A stretch of DNA of 64,000 nucleotides, from NCBI RefSeq assembly GCF_029227855.1, contig NZ_CP074356.1; one strand, given 5' to 3'. Each line of letters begins with the position of its first letter. Positions within the stretch are counted from its first letter, which is position 1. Both the position numbers and the translations under genes were made by a program. This DNA is from Escherichia coli. Lineage in GTDB: Bacteria > Pseudomonadota > Gammaproteobacteria > Enterobacterales > Enterobacteriaceae. The notes beneath the pieces were generated by a model. That model did no database searches. It saw nothing but the letters and a program-made list of their open reading frames with translations, and was not told the DNA's origin. Positions 34,885 through 46,486 of this stretch are shown in pieces.

Positions 34885-35360
34885 GGTTAGCTCCGAAGCA
34901 AAAGCCGGATAATGTTAGCCATAAATAAGGTTGAAAAGACGCGCTGACAATACGCCTTTTGACAGCATTTTTCACCTCCTAACTACTTAAAATTGCTATC
35001 ATTCGTTATTGTTATCTGGTTGTGCAAAACATGCTAATGTAGCCACCAAATCATACTACAATTTATTAACTGTTAGCTATAATGGCGAAAAGCGATGCTG
35101 AAAGGTGTCAGCTTTGCAAAAATTTGATTTGGATCACGTAATCAGTACCCAGAAGTGAGTAATCTTGCTTACGCCACCTGGAAGTGACGCATTAGAGATA
35201 ATAACTCTAATGTTTAAACTCTTTTAGTAAATCACAGTGAGTGTGAGCGCGAGTAAGCTTTTGATTTTCATCGGTTAAGCAAATCATCACCGCACTGACT
35301 ATACTCTCGTATTCGAGCAGATGATTTACTAAAAAAGTTTAACATTATCAGGAGAGCATT

Positions 35361-38036
35361 ATGGCTGTTACTAATGTCGCTGAACTTAACGCACTCGTAG
35401 AGCGTGTAAAAAAAGCCCAGCGTGAATATGCCAGTTTCACTCAAGAGCAAGTAGACAAAATCTTCCGCGCCGCCGCTCTGGCTGCTGCAGATGCTCGAAT
35501 CCCACTCGCGAAAATGGCCGTTGCCGAATCCGGCATGGGTATCGTCGAAGATAAAGTGATCAAAAACCACTTTGCTTCTGAATATATCTACAACGCCTAT
35601 AAAGATGAAAAAACCTGTGGTGTTCTGTCTGAAGACGACACTTTTGGTACCATCACTATCGCTGAACCAATCGGTATTATTTGCGGTATCGTTCCGACCA
35701 CTAACCCGACTTCAACTGCTATCTTCAAATCGCTGATCAGCCTGAAGACCCGTAACGCCATTATCTTCTCCCCGCACCCGCGTGCAAAAGATGCAACCAA
35801 CAAAGCAGCTGATATCGTTCTGCAGGCTGCTATCGCTGCCGGTGCTCCGAAAGATCTGATCGGCTGGATCGATCAACCTTCTGTTGAACTGTCTAACGCA
35901 CTGATGCACCACCCAGACATCAACCTGATCCTCGCGACTGGTGGTCCGGGCATGGTTAAAGCCGCATACAGCTCCGGTAAACCAGCTATCGGCGTAGGCG
36001 CGGGCAACACTCCAGTTGTTATCGATGAAACTGCTGATATCAAACGTGCAGTTGCATCTGTACTGATGTCCAAAACCTTCGACAACGGCGTAATCTGTGC
36101 TTCTGAACAGTCTGTTGTTGTTGTTGACTCTGTTTATGACGCAGTACGTGAACGTTTCGCAACCCACGGCGGCTATCTGTTGCAGGGTAAAGAGCTGAAA
36201 GCTGTTCAGGACGTTATCCTGAAAAACGGTGCGCTGAACGCGGCTATCGTTGGTCAGCCAGCCTATAAAATTGCTGAACTGGCAGGCTTCTCTGTACCAG
36301 AAAACACCAAGATTCTGATCGGTGAAGTGACCGTTGTTGATGAAAGCGAACCGTTCGCACATGAAAAACTGTCCCCGACTCTGGCAATGTACCGCGCTAA
36401 AGATTTCGAAGACGCGGTAGAAAAAGCAGAGAAACTGGTTGCTATGGGCGGTATCGGTCATACCTCTTGCCTGTACACTGACCAGGATAACCAACCGGCT
36501 CGCGTTTCTTACTTCGGTCAGAAAATGAAAACGGCTCGTATCCTGATTAACACCCCGGCTTCTCAGGGTGGTATCGGTGACCTGTATAACTTCAAACTCG
36601 CACCTTCCCTGACTCTGGGTTGTGGTTCCTGGGGTGGTAACTCCATCTCTGAAAACGTTGGTCCGAAACACCTGATCAACAAGAAAACAGTTGCTAAGCG
36701 AGCTGAAAACATGTTGTGGCACAAACTTCCGAAATCTATCTACTTCCGCCGTGGCTCCCTGCCAATCGCGCTGGATGAAGTGATTACTGATGGCCACAAA
36801 CGTGCGCTCATCGTGACTGACCGCTTCCTGTTCAACAATGGTTATGCTGATCAGATCACTTCCGTACTGAAAGCAGCAGGCGTTGAAACTGAAGTCTTCT
36901 TCGAAGTAGAAGCTGACCCGACCCTGAGCATCGTTCGTAAAGGTGCAGAACTGGCAAACTCCTTCAAACCAGACGTGATTATCGCGCTGGGTGGTGGTTC
37001 CCCGATGGACGCCGCGAAGATCATGTGGGTCATGTACGAACATCCGGAAACTCACTTCGAAGAACTGGCGCTGCGCTTTATGGATATCCGTAAACGTATC
37101 TACAAGTTCCCGAAAATGGGCGTGAAAGCGAAAATGATCGCTGTCACCACCACTTCTGGTACAGGTTCTGAAGTCACTCCGTTTGCGGTTGTAACTGACG
37201 ACGCTACTGGTCAGAAATATCCGCTGGCAGACTATGCGCTGACCCCGGATATGGCGATTGTCGATGCCAACCTGGTTATGGACATGCCGAAGTCCCTGTG
37301 TGCTTTCGGTGGTCTGGACGCAGTAACTCACGCCATGGAAGCTTATGTTTCTGTACTGGCATCTGAGTTCTCTGATGGTCAGGCCCTGCAGGCGCTGAAA
37401 CTGCTGAAAGAATATCTGCCAGCGTCCTACCACGAAGGATCTAAAAATCCGGTAGCGCGTGAACGTGTTCACAGTGCAGCAACTATCGCGGGTATCGCGT
37501 TTGCGAACGCCTTCCTGGGTGTATGTCACTCAATGGCGCACAAACTGGGTTCCCAGTTCCATATTCCGCACGGTCTGGCAAACGCCCTGCTGATTTGTAA
37601 CGTTATTCGCTACAACGCGAACGACAACCCGACCAAGCAGACTGCATTCAGCCAGTATGACCGTCCGCAGGCTCGCCGTCGTTATGCTGAAATTGCTGAC
37701 CACCTGGGTCTGAGCGCACCGGGCGACCGTACTGCTGCTAAGATCGAGAAACTGCTGGCATGGCTGGAAACGCTGAAAGCTGAACTGGGTATTCCGAAAT
37801 CTATCCGTGAAGCTGGCGTTCAGGAAGCAGACTTCCTGGCGAATGTGGATAAACTGTCTGAAGATGCATTCGATGACCAGTGCACCGGCGCTAACCCGCG
37901 TTACCCGCTGATCTCCGAGCTGAAACAGATTCTGCTGGATACCTACTACGGTCGTGATTATGTAGAAGGTGAAACTGCAGCGAAAAAGGAAGCCGCTCCG
38001 GCTAAAGCTGAGAAAAAAGCGAAGAAATCCGCTTAA
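35361..38036 (+). CDS. adhE: bifunctional acetaldehyde-CoA / alcohol dehydrogenase
   Basis: 891 aa [35 protein letters not shown]...; Lys/Ala-rich C-tail. Confidence 0.97.
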
Positions 38037-38338
38037 TCAGTAGCGCTGTCTGGCAACATAAACGGTCCCTTCTGGGGCCGTTTTTTTGTTTTACCCAAAG
38101 CAACTTTCCCATAAACCGACAGCATTTGCCTTCATCATATTTACGGCGATGTATAACGCCTACACACAGCGATATTGTACTTTACAGGTCACAAGTCAAC
38201 GTCACTGTAAAAGCGCTCTGTGAGGGGTATAGTGGCGTTAAAGAACTGTCGAGAAGGGTATATACACCGGATGAAGTGAGTAAAACGAACTGACAGGATA
38301 AAAGCGCCCTGCTCACCCTGTCAGTAAAGAAATTCTTA

Positions 38339-38956
38339 TTAATCGTGGCGATGCCTTTCCTGAATAGCCGTTAATGAGCCGACTTCTAACGCTTCTTTAT
38401 AGTGTTTACGGCATACAGAAACGTAGCGTTCATTACCACCAATAACCACCTGCTCACCTTCGTTATAAGGTCTGCCTGCTTGATCAAGACGCAGCACCAT
38501 GCTTGCTTTGCGGCCACAAAAACAGATGGTTTTTAATTCAACCAGTTTGTCGGACCATGCCAGTAAGTATTGGCTGCCAATAAATAACTCACCTCGAAAA
38601 TCGGTACGTAAACCATAACAAAGTACGGGTATATCGAGTTGATCGACAACCTCCGATAATTCATATACTTGTTGTCTGGTTAAAAACTGGCATTCATCAA
38701 CCAGTACGCAATGAATTGCCTGCTGTTCATGTTCCGCACGAATCTCATCAAATAATGATGAATTTTGGTTAAATAATTTTGCAGGCGATGACAAACCTAT
38801 ACGCGAGCTGACTTTCCCGGCACCAAAGCGATCATCAATTTCTGCCGTATATACGACAGTGCGCATGCCGCGTTCCTGGTAATTGTATGAAGATTGCAAC
38901 AATGCTGTAGACTTACCCGCATTCATTGCGGAATAGTAGAAATATAGCTGTGCCAT
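38339..38956 (-). CDS. tdk: thymidine kinase
   Basis: 205 aa; P-loop [10 protein letters not shown]. Confidence 0.92.
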
Positions 38957-39559
38957 CAGCCACAGGCCCTCAATGATATGAATTAAAGTTGGCTGGAGTT
39001 TATCATAATTCGTCAGTTTTTCAGCTCAACAGTATGCACAGAAGTGGTATATGCGTTCTCCCTTACGAAGCCTTGCATAATCCTTCTGAGCTATCATTAC
39101 AACTGCCTCGCTTGTTATAAGCGGGTAAATGACTGCTGGTAACTATTCACAATCTTTAACCTGTTGCGCAAGTAATAGCCCTCTGTTGACCTCCTGGAGA
39201 TAGTGCAATACTAAGTCCCTGCTCTTATTGCGACTGTTCTACTTTTCATCATTCGCTTAATAGGGAATTCTCGTAAACACGACTAATACAGAAGACTGAA
39301 AGGTCGTCAGCCTACGATAATCTCCCCATAAAATGTGACATGAATCAGGAAGTTTTAACCTCACGTGCTGCGAAATCATCGGCGCAAATAGGGCTATATG
39401 CCGCGTCTTTTCTGGCTAATTTTATGAAAAGATATTTATTGGCGGCACAAAATAAAGAACAATTTTGAATTCCTTACATTCCTGGCTATTGCACAACTGA
39501 ATTTAAGGCTCTATTATTACCTCAACAAACCACCCCAATATAAGTTTGAGATTACTACA

Positions 39560-39973
39560 ATGAGCGAAGCACTTAAAATTCTGAACAACATCCGTACTCT
39601 TCGTGCGCAGGCAAGAGAATGTACACTTGAAACGCTGGAAGAAATGCTGGAAAAATTAGAAGTTGTTGTTAACGAACGTCGCGAAGAAGAAAGCGCGGCT
39701 GCTGCTGAAGTTGAAGAGCGCACTCGTAAACTGCAGCAATATCGCGAAATGCTGATCGCTGACGGTATTGACCCGAACGAACTGCTGAATAGCCTTGCTG
39801 CCGTTAAATCTGGCACCAAAGCTAAACGTGCTCAGCGTCCGGCAAAATATAGCTACGTTGACGAAAACGGCGAAACTAAAACCTGGACTGGCCAGGGCCG
39901 TACTCCAGCTGTAATCAAAAAAGCAATGGATGAGCAAGGTAAATCCCTCGACGATTTCCTGATCAAGCAATAA
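39560..39973 (+). CDS. hns: nucleoid-associated protein H-NS
   Basis: 137 aa [44 protein letters not shown]...TWTGQGRTP...; AT-rich upstream region 38957-39559. Confidence 0.97.
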
Positions 39974-39996
39974 TCTTTTGTAGATTGCACTTGCTT

Positions 39997-40025
39997 AAAA
40001 ATCCCGCCATCGGCGGGATTTTTTA
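39997..40025 (+). terminator. hns terminator
   Basis: ATCCCGCC-ATC-GGCGGGAT hairpin followed by TTTTTT. Confidence 0.85.
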
Positions 40026-40062
40026 TTGTCCGGTTTAAGACAATTTAATAAGAATAAGCTAT

Positions 40063-40774
40063 AATAAATATCCTCCGGCATAGCCGGAGGTTTTTCAAAT
40101 GCGCCTATAAGGCTCTCTTACCAGCCGCGCCCTAACAGGCGCACACGATCTGACATTTGCATCCAACTTCGTTACTTACGGCCCGTAAACGGGCTGCCCG
40201 GATAGGGAATCGATAACTGCTCTCCCATTTTATCCTCTTCAAGCTGGTGCTTTATGTAATCCTGTATCTTCGCCGTGTTCTTACCCACCGTATCGACGTA
40301 GTACCCTCTGCACCAGAACTCCCTGTTCCTGTATTTGAATTTCAAATCACCAAACTGCTCGTAAAGCATCAGACTGCTTTTCCCTTTCAGATATCCCATA
40401 AAGCCGGATACGCTCATTTTGGGCGGGATCTCCACAAGCATATGGATATGATCTGCACAGCATTCAGCTTCCAGAATCCGTACACTTTTCCACTCACACA
40501 GCTTTCTCAAAATACTGCCTATTGCTCTACGCTTCTCTCTGTAGAACACCTGTCTTCGGTATTTTGGCGCAAAAACTATGTGATATTTACAGTTCCATCG
40601 GGTGTGCGCTAAGCTCTTTTCGTTCCCCATTGGGACCCCCTTTTGATTTCTTGTTTGACACTTGCAGTTGCCAGACCGCAAGGTGTTTTAACAAATCAAA
40701 AGGGGTTTTAATAACTGGCTTAAAGCTGAAAGCTTTCCGGAACCCCCAGCCTAGCTGGGGGTTTTCTGTGCACA
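40063..40774 (-). mobile_element. IS200 copy 1 (IS200/IS605 family), head-to-tail with copy 2
   Basis: About 712 bp unit with tnpA (HuH/Y1 transposase) and subterminal palindromes (CCTCCGGCATAGCCGGAGG at one end; CCCCCAGCCTAGCTGGGGG at the tnpA-proximal end). Boundaries are ambiguous by 1-3 nt. Confidence 0.85.
40172..40630 (-). CDS. tnpA: IS200 transposase TnpA (152 aa)
   Basis: Start refined to MGNEKSLAHTRWNCKYHIVFAPKYRR...; HxH motif (ADHIHMLVEIPP) and catalytic Tyr region (YIKHQ). Confidence 0.88.
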   Translation of the reverse strand: MGNEKSLAHTRWNCKYHIVFAPKYRRQVFYREKRRAIGSILRKLCEWKSVRILEAECCADHIHMLVEIPPKMSVSGFMGYLKGKSSLMLYEQFGDLKFKYRNREFWCRGYYVDTVGKNTAKIQDYIKHQLEEDKMGEQLSIPYPGSPFTGRK

Positions 40775-41487
40775 AATAAATATCCTCCGGCATAGCCGGA
40801 GGTTTTTCAAATGCGCCTATAAGGCTCTCTTACCAGCCGCGCCCTAACAGGCGCACACGATCTGACATTTGCATCCAACTTCGTTACTTACGGCCCGTAA
40901 ACGGGCTGCCCGGATAGGGAATCGATAACTGCTCTCCCATTTTATCCTCTTCAAGCTGGTGCTTTATGTAATCCTGTATCTTCGCCGTGTTCTTACCCAC
41001 TGTATCGACGTAGTACCCTCTGCACCAGAACTCCCTGTTCCTGTATTTGAATTTCAAATCACCAAACTGCTCGTAAAGCATCAGACTGCTTTTCCCTTTC
41101 AGATATCCCATAAACCCGGATACGCTCATTTTGGGCGGGATCTCCACAAGCATATGGATATGATCTGCACAGCATTCAGCTTCCAGAATCCGTACGCTTT
41201 TCCACTCACACAGCTTTCTCAAAATACTGCCTATTGCTCTACGCTTCTCTCTGTAGAACACCTGTCTTCGGTATTTTGGCGCAAAAACTATGTGATATTT
41301 ACAGTTCCATCGGGTGTGCGCTAAGCTCTTTTCGTTCCCCATTGGGACCCCCTTTTGATTTCTTGTTTGACACTTGCAGTTGCCAGACCGCAAAGTGTTT
41401 TAACAAATCAAAAGGGGTTTTAATAACTGGCTCAAAGCTGAAAGCTTTCCGGAACCCCCAGCCTAGCTGGGGGTTTTCTGTGCACAA
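40775..41487 (-). mobile_element. IS200 copy 2, directly abutting copy 1
   Basis: Second unit, same orientation, no spacer; differs from copy 1 at a handful of positions; ends at the A-run of the galU terminator. Confidence 0.85.
40884..41342 (-). CDS. tnpA: IS200 transposase TnpA (152 aa), copy 2
   Basis: Protein identical to copy 1 in the ORF track although the DNA differs at a few sites. Confidence 0.88.
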   Translation of the reverse strand: MGNEKSLAHTRWNCKYHIVFAPKYRRQVFYREKRRAIGSILRKLCEWKSVRILEAECCADHIHMLVEIPPKMSVSGFMGYLKGKSSLMLYEQFGDLKFKYRNREFWCRGYYVDTVGKNTAKIQDYIKHQLEEDKMGEQLSIPYPGSPFTGRK

Positions 41488-41516
41488 AAAAACGGCGTCG
41501 ATTGCTCAACGCCGTT
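41484..41516 (-). terminator. galU terminator
   Basis: On the minus strand AACGGCG..CGCCGTT hairpin followed by TTTTTTTT, just after the galU stop. Confidence 0.8.
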
Positions 41517-41540
41517 TCGTGGATAACACCGATACGGATG

Positions 41541-42449
41541 TTACTTCTTAATGCCCATCTCTTCTTCAAGCCAGGCTTTAAATTCCGTGCCAAGGGTGTT
41601 ATGACGAATACCGTATTCAACGAAGGCCTGCATGTAACCTAATTTATTACCGCAGTCATGGCTCTTCCCTTTCATATGATAGGCTTCCACCGTTTCTTTT
41701 TCGATCAGCATATCAATTGCGTCGGTGAGCTGAATTTCATCACCAGCTCCCGGAGGGGTTTTTGCCAGCAACGGCCAAATATCCGCGCTAAGTACGTAAC
41801 GACCCACAATAGCGAGATTAGACGGCGCAACATCCGCTTTCGGTTTTTCTACCACACCAACCATCGGTACGCTTTCACCCGGCGCTAATTCAACGCCTTT
41901 ACAATCCACAACGCCATATGCGGTAACATCAGCAACCGGTTCAACCATGATCTGGCTATGACCCGTTTCATCAAAGCGGCGGATCATCTCTGCCAGGTTA
42001 TCCTGTGACAAATCGGATTCATATTCATCCAGAATAACGTCAGGCAAAATAACAGCCACAGGTTCATCACCCACTACCGGGTGAGCACACAATACCGCAT
42101 GTCCCAGGCCTTTCGCCAGCCCCTGACGAACTTGCATAATAGTCACGTGCGGCGGACAAATAGACTGCACTTCATCAAGCAGTTGACGTTTTACACGTTT
42201 TTCCAGCATTGCTTCCAGTTCAAAACTGGTATCAAAGTGGTTTTCAATCGAGTTTTTAGATGAGTGAGTAACCAGCACAATTTCAGTAATGCCAGCCGCA
42301 ATACATTCATTCACGACGTATTGAATTAATGGCTTATCGACAAGTGGCAGCATCTCTTTCGGGATGGCTTTCGTCGCCGGCAACATCCTGGTTCCTAATC
42401 CCGCAACGGGGATAACGGCTTTTTTGACTTTCGTATTAATGGCAGCCAT
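41541..42449 (-). CDS. galU: UTP-glucose-1-phosphate uridylyltransferase
   Basis: 302 aa [35 protein letters not shown]... Confidence 0.95.
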
Positions 42450-42650
42450 TTAAATTCTCCTGGACTGTTCGTGTTTTGAACGTGTTCATATTTCTGTATC
42501 GCATCCCAGTATATCAGCACCCCGAAGGGGCTAAGTTCTGAAAAGGAGGCGAGTTAGCATAATTAAGACAATTACTTATACGAATGGCGACGATAGTAAC
42601 ACCAGCCGACATGAGCAGGTAATGCAAATTTAGCCCGCGTTATCGTTTGC

Positions 42651-43664
42651 TCATTCTGCAGACAACATCAAGCGAAGCCGACCACCGGTTCCCCATATTT
42701 GGCATTGCCAGGCATCGCATCGCTGGCTCAATTGATTCAAATAAGCGTTACCTAAAGTGCCTAACGGAACACCATTACTGATTTGCACCTGGTGTTCGCC
42801 AGTATTTAATGTCGCATTCAGACCCGCAGAAACCAGAATGAGATTTTTCAGTTCGCGATGATAATAGCCAACTAATAGCGGAAACAGCCCCGGTAGATTG
42901 GCCTGACGGAGTAAATGGTTTACCTGCTTCAATAACGCGCCCAACTCTGGCAACCGTTGATTTTGATGTGCAAGCTGTTCCTGTAATAATCCGTTAAACA
43001 ATGCGCGTAATAACAAGGCAGCAAGTACGCCATTATGTCCAGCTCGGGTGACATCAAGGCAATAAAATGCCAGATCGTTTTCCGAAAGTGCGGCAATATC
43101 AAGCACCAGGCCGGGTTTGTCCGCGGCAACCAATTGACGATAATTAACCCGGCAATGGGAAATCACCTGCTGAACCGGCGGTTGCAATTCCTGTAATAAT
43201 TTCGCCGCTGCGGCAGGGTTATCAACCATTGCATCCCAGTCGCGAAAAAGCCTCTCCTCTTCCTCAACGCGGGAATTAAACATGCTGGGATAGAGACAGG
43301 CAAAAACCATCTCGCGCAAGCGATTCAGATCTTTAACTGGTTTCAGCAAAACATCTTCAACGCCCAGACGTAACGCTTTGGCAATATCTGCCATATTTTC
43401 AGTGGCAGATATCACCAGAACAGGTGTCTGGTCGCCTCTGTTACGTATATGCTCCAGCAGTTTAAGCCCGTTCATTCGTGGCATCGCGATATCACATATC
43501 ATCAGGTCTGGAGTGAAACCTCCCAGCAACTCAAGGGCATCCACCCCATCAGCCGCCAGTACCGTTGTCGCTCCCAATGAGGAAAACCACGAATCCAGAA
43601 GCGAGCGAAATACCTGCTCATCTTCAACAATGAGAATCTGTTTTCCGACCAATGGCTGCGTCAT
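42651..43664 (-). CDS. rssB: RpoS proteolysis adaptor / response regulator RssB
   Basis: 337 aa; receiver domain with phospho-acceptor Asp context (LMICDIAMP). Confidence 0.92.
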   Translation of the reverse strand: MTQPLVGKQILIVEDEQVFRSLLDSWFSSLGATTVLAADGVDALELLGGFTPDLMICDIAMPRMNGLKLLEHIRNRGDQTPVLVISATENMADIAKALRLGVEDVLLKPVKDLNRLREMVFACLYPSMFNSRVEEEERLFRDWDAMVDNPAAAAKLLQELQPPVQQVISHCRVNYRQLVAADKPGLVLDIAALSENDLAFYCLDVTRAGHNGVLAALLLRALFNGLLQEQLAHQNQRLPELGALLKQVNHLLRQANLPGLFPLLVGYYHRELKNLILVSAGLNATLNTGEHQVQISNGVPLGTLGNAYLNQLSQRCDAWQCQIWGTGGRLRLMLSAE

Positions 43665-43755
43665 GTTCTCTCCCCTGACTGGCTTTACTCAATAGTGGCA
43701 TGCTATTGCCACCTGCGCCTGTCAGAATTAACTTAAGTGTAGATAAAAATTCTGG

Positions 43756-44661
43756 TCAAATGTTGGTGCGTACCAACGGCAAAAGTTCATCCATTTTCTT
43801 TTCCACTGCCAGCTGCCCAGCCGCAATGGCAGCGTGCGCGCGATGGAAATCAAGCGTAGATATTTGCGGGCAAACAGGTTGAATCAGAATATCGGGCGGA
43901 TCACCTGCCATGCGGTTCCTTTTAAGGCGGTTCTCCAGCACCTGGATAGAAGTGGTCATAATCTCTGTTGCCGTTGGCGCTGTCACCGCCCGACGTGTCG
44001 TTATGCTGCCCAACCTTTCTTTCAGACGCGCATGCCACGGCAGAGAATCACCATTCTCGCTATTTTCTTCACTAACATTAAAGGAGAGCAGATCTTGTTG
44101 CATCAAATGAGCATCGTGCTGCAGGTCGACCGCTATCACAATATCAGCACCCAATGCACGCGTGAGCGAAATAGGAATTGGGTTAACTACAGCGCCATCA
44201 ACCAGCCAGTAGCCGTTATGCGCAACGGGTGCCATTAGTCCTGGAATACTGCATGATGCACGAATAGCAAGATGGAGATCGCCTTCAGTAAACCATAATT
44301 CGCGCCCAGTACTTAAATTGGTGGCAACAGCCGCGAAGCGACGGGAACAATTTTCGATCTCTGTTTCCGGCATTATTTCGCGATATTGATTGAAGACACG
44401 CTCGCCGCGCAGTAACCCACCGCGCTGCCAGGAGAGATCCATCAGGCGTAAAACATCCCAATAACTGAAAGAGGTCACCCAATCTTCCAGCGCAGATAGT
44501 CGATCGCATGCATAGGCAGCGCCCACCAGCGAACCAATTGAACATCCTGCAACGATATCAATTTCAATACCCACTTTTTTTAGCGCATTAATAACGCCAA
44601 TATGCGACCAACCTCTCGCCGCGCCAGATCCCAGCGCCAGCCCTATTTTTATCTTTCTCAT
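43756..44661 (-). CDS. rssA: patatin-like phospholipase RssA
   Basis: 301 aa; GxSxG motif GCSIGS. Confidence 0.88.
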   Translation of the reverse strand: MRKIKIGLALGSGAARGWSHIGVINALKKVGIEIDIVAGCSIGSLVGAAYACDRLSALEDWVTSFSYWDVLRLMDLSWQRGGLLRGERVFNQYREIMPETEIENCSRRFAAVATNLSTGRELWFTEGDLHLAIRASCSIPGLMAPVAHNGYWLVDGAVVNPIPISLTRALGADIVIAVDLQHDAHLMQQDLLSFNVSEENSENGDSLPWHARLKERLGSITTRRAVTAPTATEIMTTSIQVLENRLKRNRMAGDPPDILIQPVCPQISTLDFHRAHAAIAAGQLAVEKKMDELLPLVRTNI

Positions 44662-44773
44662 TATTCCCGCAAGATTCCCCTGGAATGCAATCGTAGCAAC
44701 ATCGCTACCGCTCGGTTAACATAGTGCTACTCAGGCGGTTAATACGCCGTTATTGTTTCCAGGGAGATTATTT

Positions 44774-45232
44774 GTGTCTCAGCTTTGTCCCTGTGGTAGT
44801 GCTGTCGAGTATAGCCTATGTTGCCACCCTTATGTGTCTGGTGAAAAGGTTGCACCTGATCCAGAACATCTCATGCGTTCGCGTTACTGCGCTTTTGTGA
44901 TGAAAGACGCAGATTATTTAATAAAGACCTGGCATCCATCTTGTGGAGCGGCGGCGTTACGTGCCGAATTGATTGCCGGATTTGCGCATACTGAATGGTT
45001 AGGATTGACCGTATTTGAACATTGTTGGCAGGACGTCGACAATATCGGATTTGTCAGTTTTGTTGCGCGATATACCGAAGGTGGCAAAACAGGTGCAATC
45101 ATTGAACGTTCGCGATTTTTGAAAGAAAACGGTCAATGGTACTATATTGACGGTACACGTCCGCAGTTTGGCCGCAACGATCCCTGCCCTTGTGGTTCAG
45201 GTAAAAAATTTAAAAAGTGCTGCGGCCAATAA
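44774..45232 (+). CDS. ychJ: UPF0225 protein YchJ (SEC-C metal-binding motifs)
   Basis: GTG start with SD AGGGAG gives 152 aa (M)[19 protein letters not shown]...; C-terminal [14 protein letters not shown]. Confidence 0.8.
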   Translation: MSQLCPCGSAVEYSLCCHPYVSGEKVAPDPEHLMRSRYCAFVMKDADYLIKTWHPSCGAAALRAELIAGFAHTEWLGLTVFEHCWQDVDNIGFVSFVARYTEGGKTGAIIERSRFLKENGQWYYIDGTRPQFGRNDPCPCGSGKKFKKCCGQ

Positions 45233-45281
45233 TGGTTGACGGTACGGTTTAGCAAACACTCTCAACAAGGTTTTTCCAGCA

Positions 45282-46124
45282 ATGCATTCACTCCAACGTA
45301 AAGTTCTGCGTACTATTTGTCCGGACCAAAAAGGTCTGATCGCACGTATTACCAATATTTGCTACAAGCACGAGTTAAATATCGTACAGAACAATGAATT
45401 TGTTGATCACCGTACCGGGCGCTTTTTTATGCGCACGGAACTGGAAGGGATTTTTAATGATTCCACCCTGCTGGCGGATCTCGATAGCGCATTGCCAGAA
45501 GGCTCCGTGCGTGAGCTGAATCCTGCCGGTCGTCGCCGGATAGTGATTCTGGTCACTAAAGAAGCGCATTGCCTTGGCGATTTGTTGATGAAAGCCAATT
45601 ACGGCGGCCTGGATGTCGAAATCGCGGCAGTTATTGGTAACCACGATACTTTACGTTCTCTGGTTGAGCGTTTTGATATTCCGTTTGAGCTGGTAAGTCA
45701 TGAAGGATTAAGCCGCAACGAGCACGATCAAAAGATGGCGGATGCCATTGATGCTTATCAGCCTGACTACGTGGTGCTGGCGAAGTATATGCGGGTATTA
45801 ACGCCAGAATTTGTGGCACGCTTCCCGAATAAGATCATCAATATTCACCATTCATTCCTGCCAGCGTTTATCGGCGCACGTCCTTATCACCAGGCCTATG
45901 AACGTGGCGTGAAGATTATTGGCGCAACCGCTCACTATGTGAATGACAATCTGGACGAAGGTCCAATCATCATGCAGGACGTTATTCATGTCGATCATAC
46001 CTACACAGCTGAAGATATGATGCGCGCAGGTCGTGACGTCGAGAAAAACGTCTTAAGTCGCGCACTCTACAAAGTACTGGCGCAGCGCGTCTTTGTTTAC
46101 GGTAATCGGACGATTATTCTTTAA
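45282..46124 (+). CDS. purU: formyltetrahydrofolate deformylase
   Basis: 280 aa; N-terminal ACT domain and formyltransferase core. Confidence 0.92.
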   Translation: MHSLQRKVLRTICPDQKGLIARITNICYKHELNIVQNNEFVDHRTGRFFMRTELEGIFNDSTLLADLDSALPEGSVRELNPAGRRRIVILVTKEAHCLGDLLMKANYGGLDVEIAAVIGNHDTLRSLVERFDIPFELVSHEGLSRNEHDQKMADAIDAYQPDYVVLAKYMRVLTPEFVARFPNKIINIHHSFLPAFIGARPYHQAYERGVKIIGATAHYVNDNLDEGPIIMQDVIHVDHTYTAEDMMRAGRDVEKNVLSRALYKVLAQRVFVYGNRTIIL

Positions 46125-46205
46125 TCGCCAGCAAAAATAACTGGTTACCTTTAATCCGTTACGGATGAAAATTACCCAACCAGTTCATTTTTCTCAACGT
46201 AACAC

Positions 46206-46233
46206 TTTACAGCGGCGCGTCATTTGATATGAT
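46206..46233 (+). promoter_or_regulatory. tyrT promoter (stringently controlled)
   Basis: TTTACA (46206-46211), 16 bp spacer, TATGAT (46228-46233), then GC-rich discriminator GCGCCCC; about 41 nt leader before the mature tRNA. Confidence 0.8.
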
Positions 46234-46282
46234 GCGCCCCGCTTCCCGATAAGGGAGCAGGCCAGTAAAAGCATTACCCCGT

Positions 46283-46367
<85 letters not shown>

Positions 46368-46401
46368 TCTCAAGCATTACCTCAAAATTTGAATTACCCC
46401 T

Positions 46402-46486
<85 letters not shown>

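Noticed and set aside
35712-37529. 605 aa minus-strand ORF inside adhE
   Set aside because: Fully antisense to the strongly supported adhE frame; low-complexity translation and no RBS. Typical stop-codon-poor antisense frame of a highly expressed gene.
38037-38338. Possible absence of a K-12 IS remnant between tdk and adhE
   Set aside because: I vaguely recall an IS-derived pseudogene in this spacer in K-12, whereas only about 300 bp is present here. My recollection is not firm enough to call a difference without an alignment.
40247-41324. 121 aa plus-strand ORFs antisense to each IS200 tnpA
   Set aside because: They are opposite the recognisable TnpA frame with no translation signals. Any real antisense product of IS200 would be a small RNA, not this ORF.
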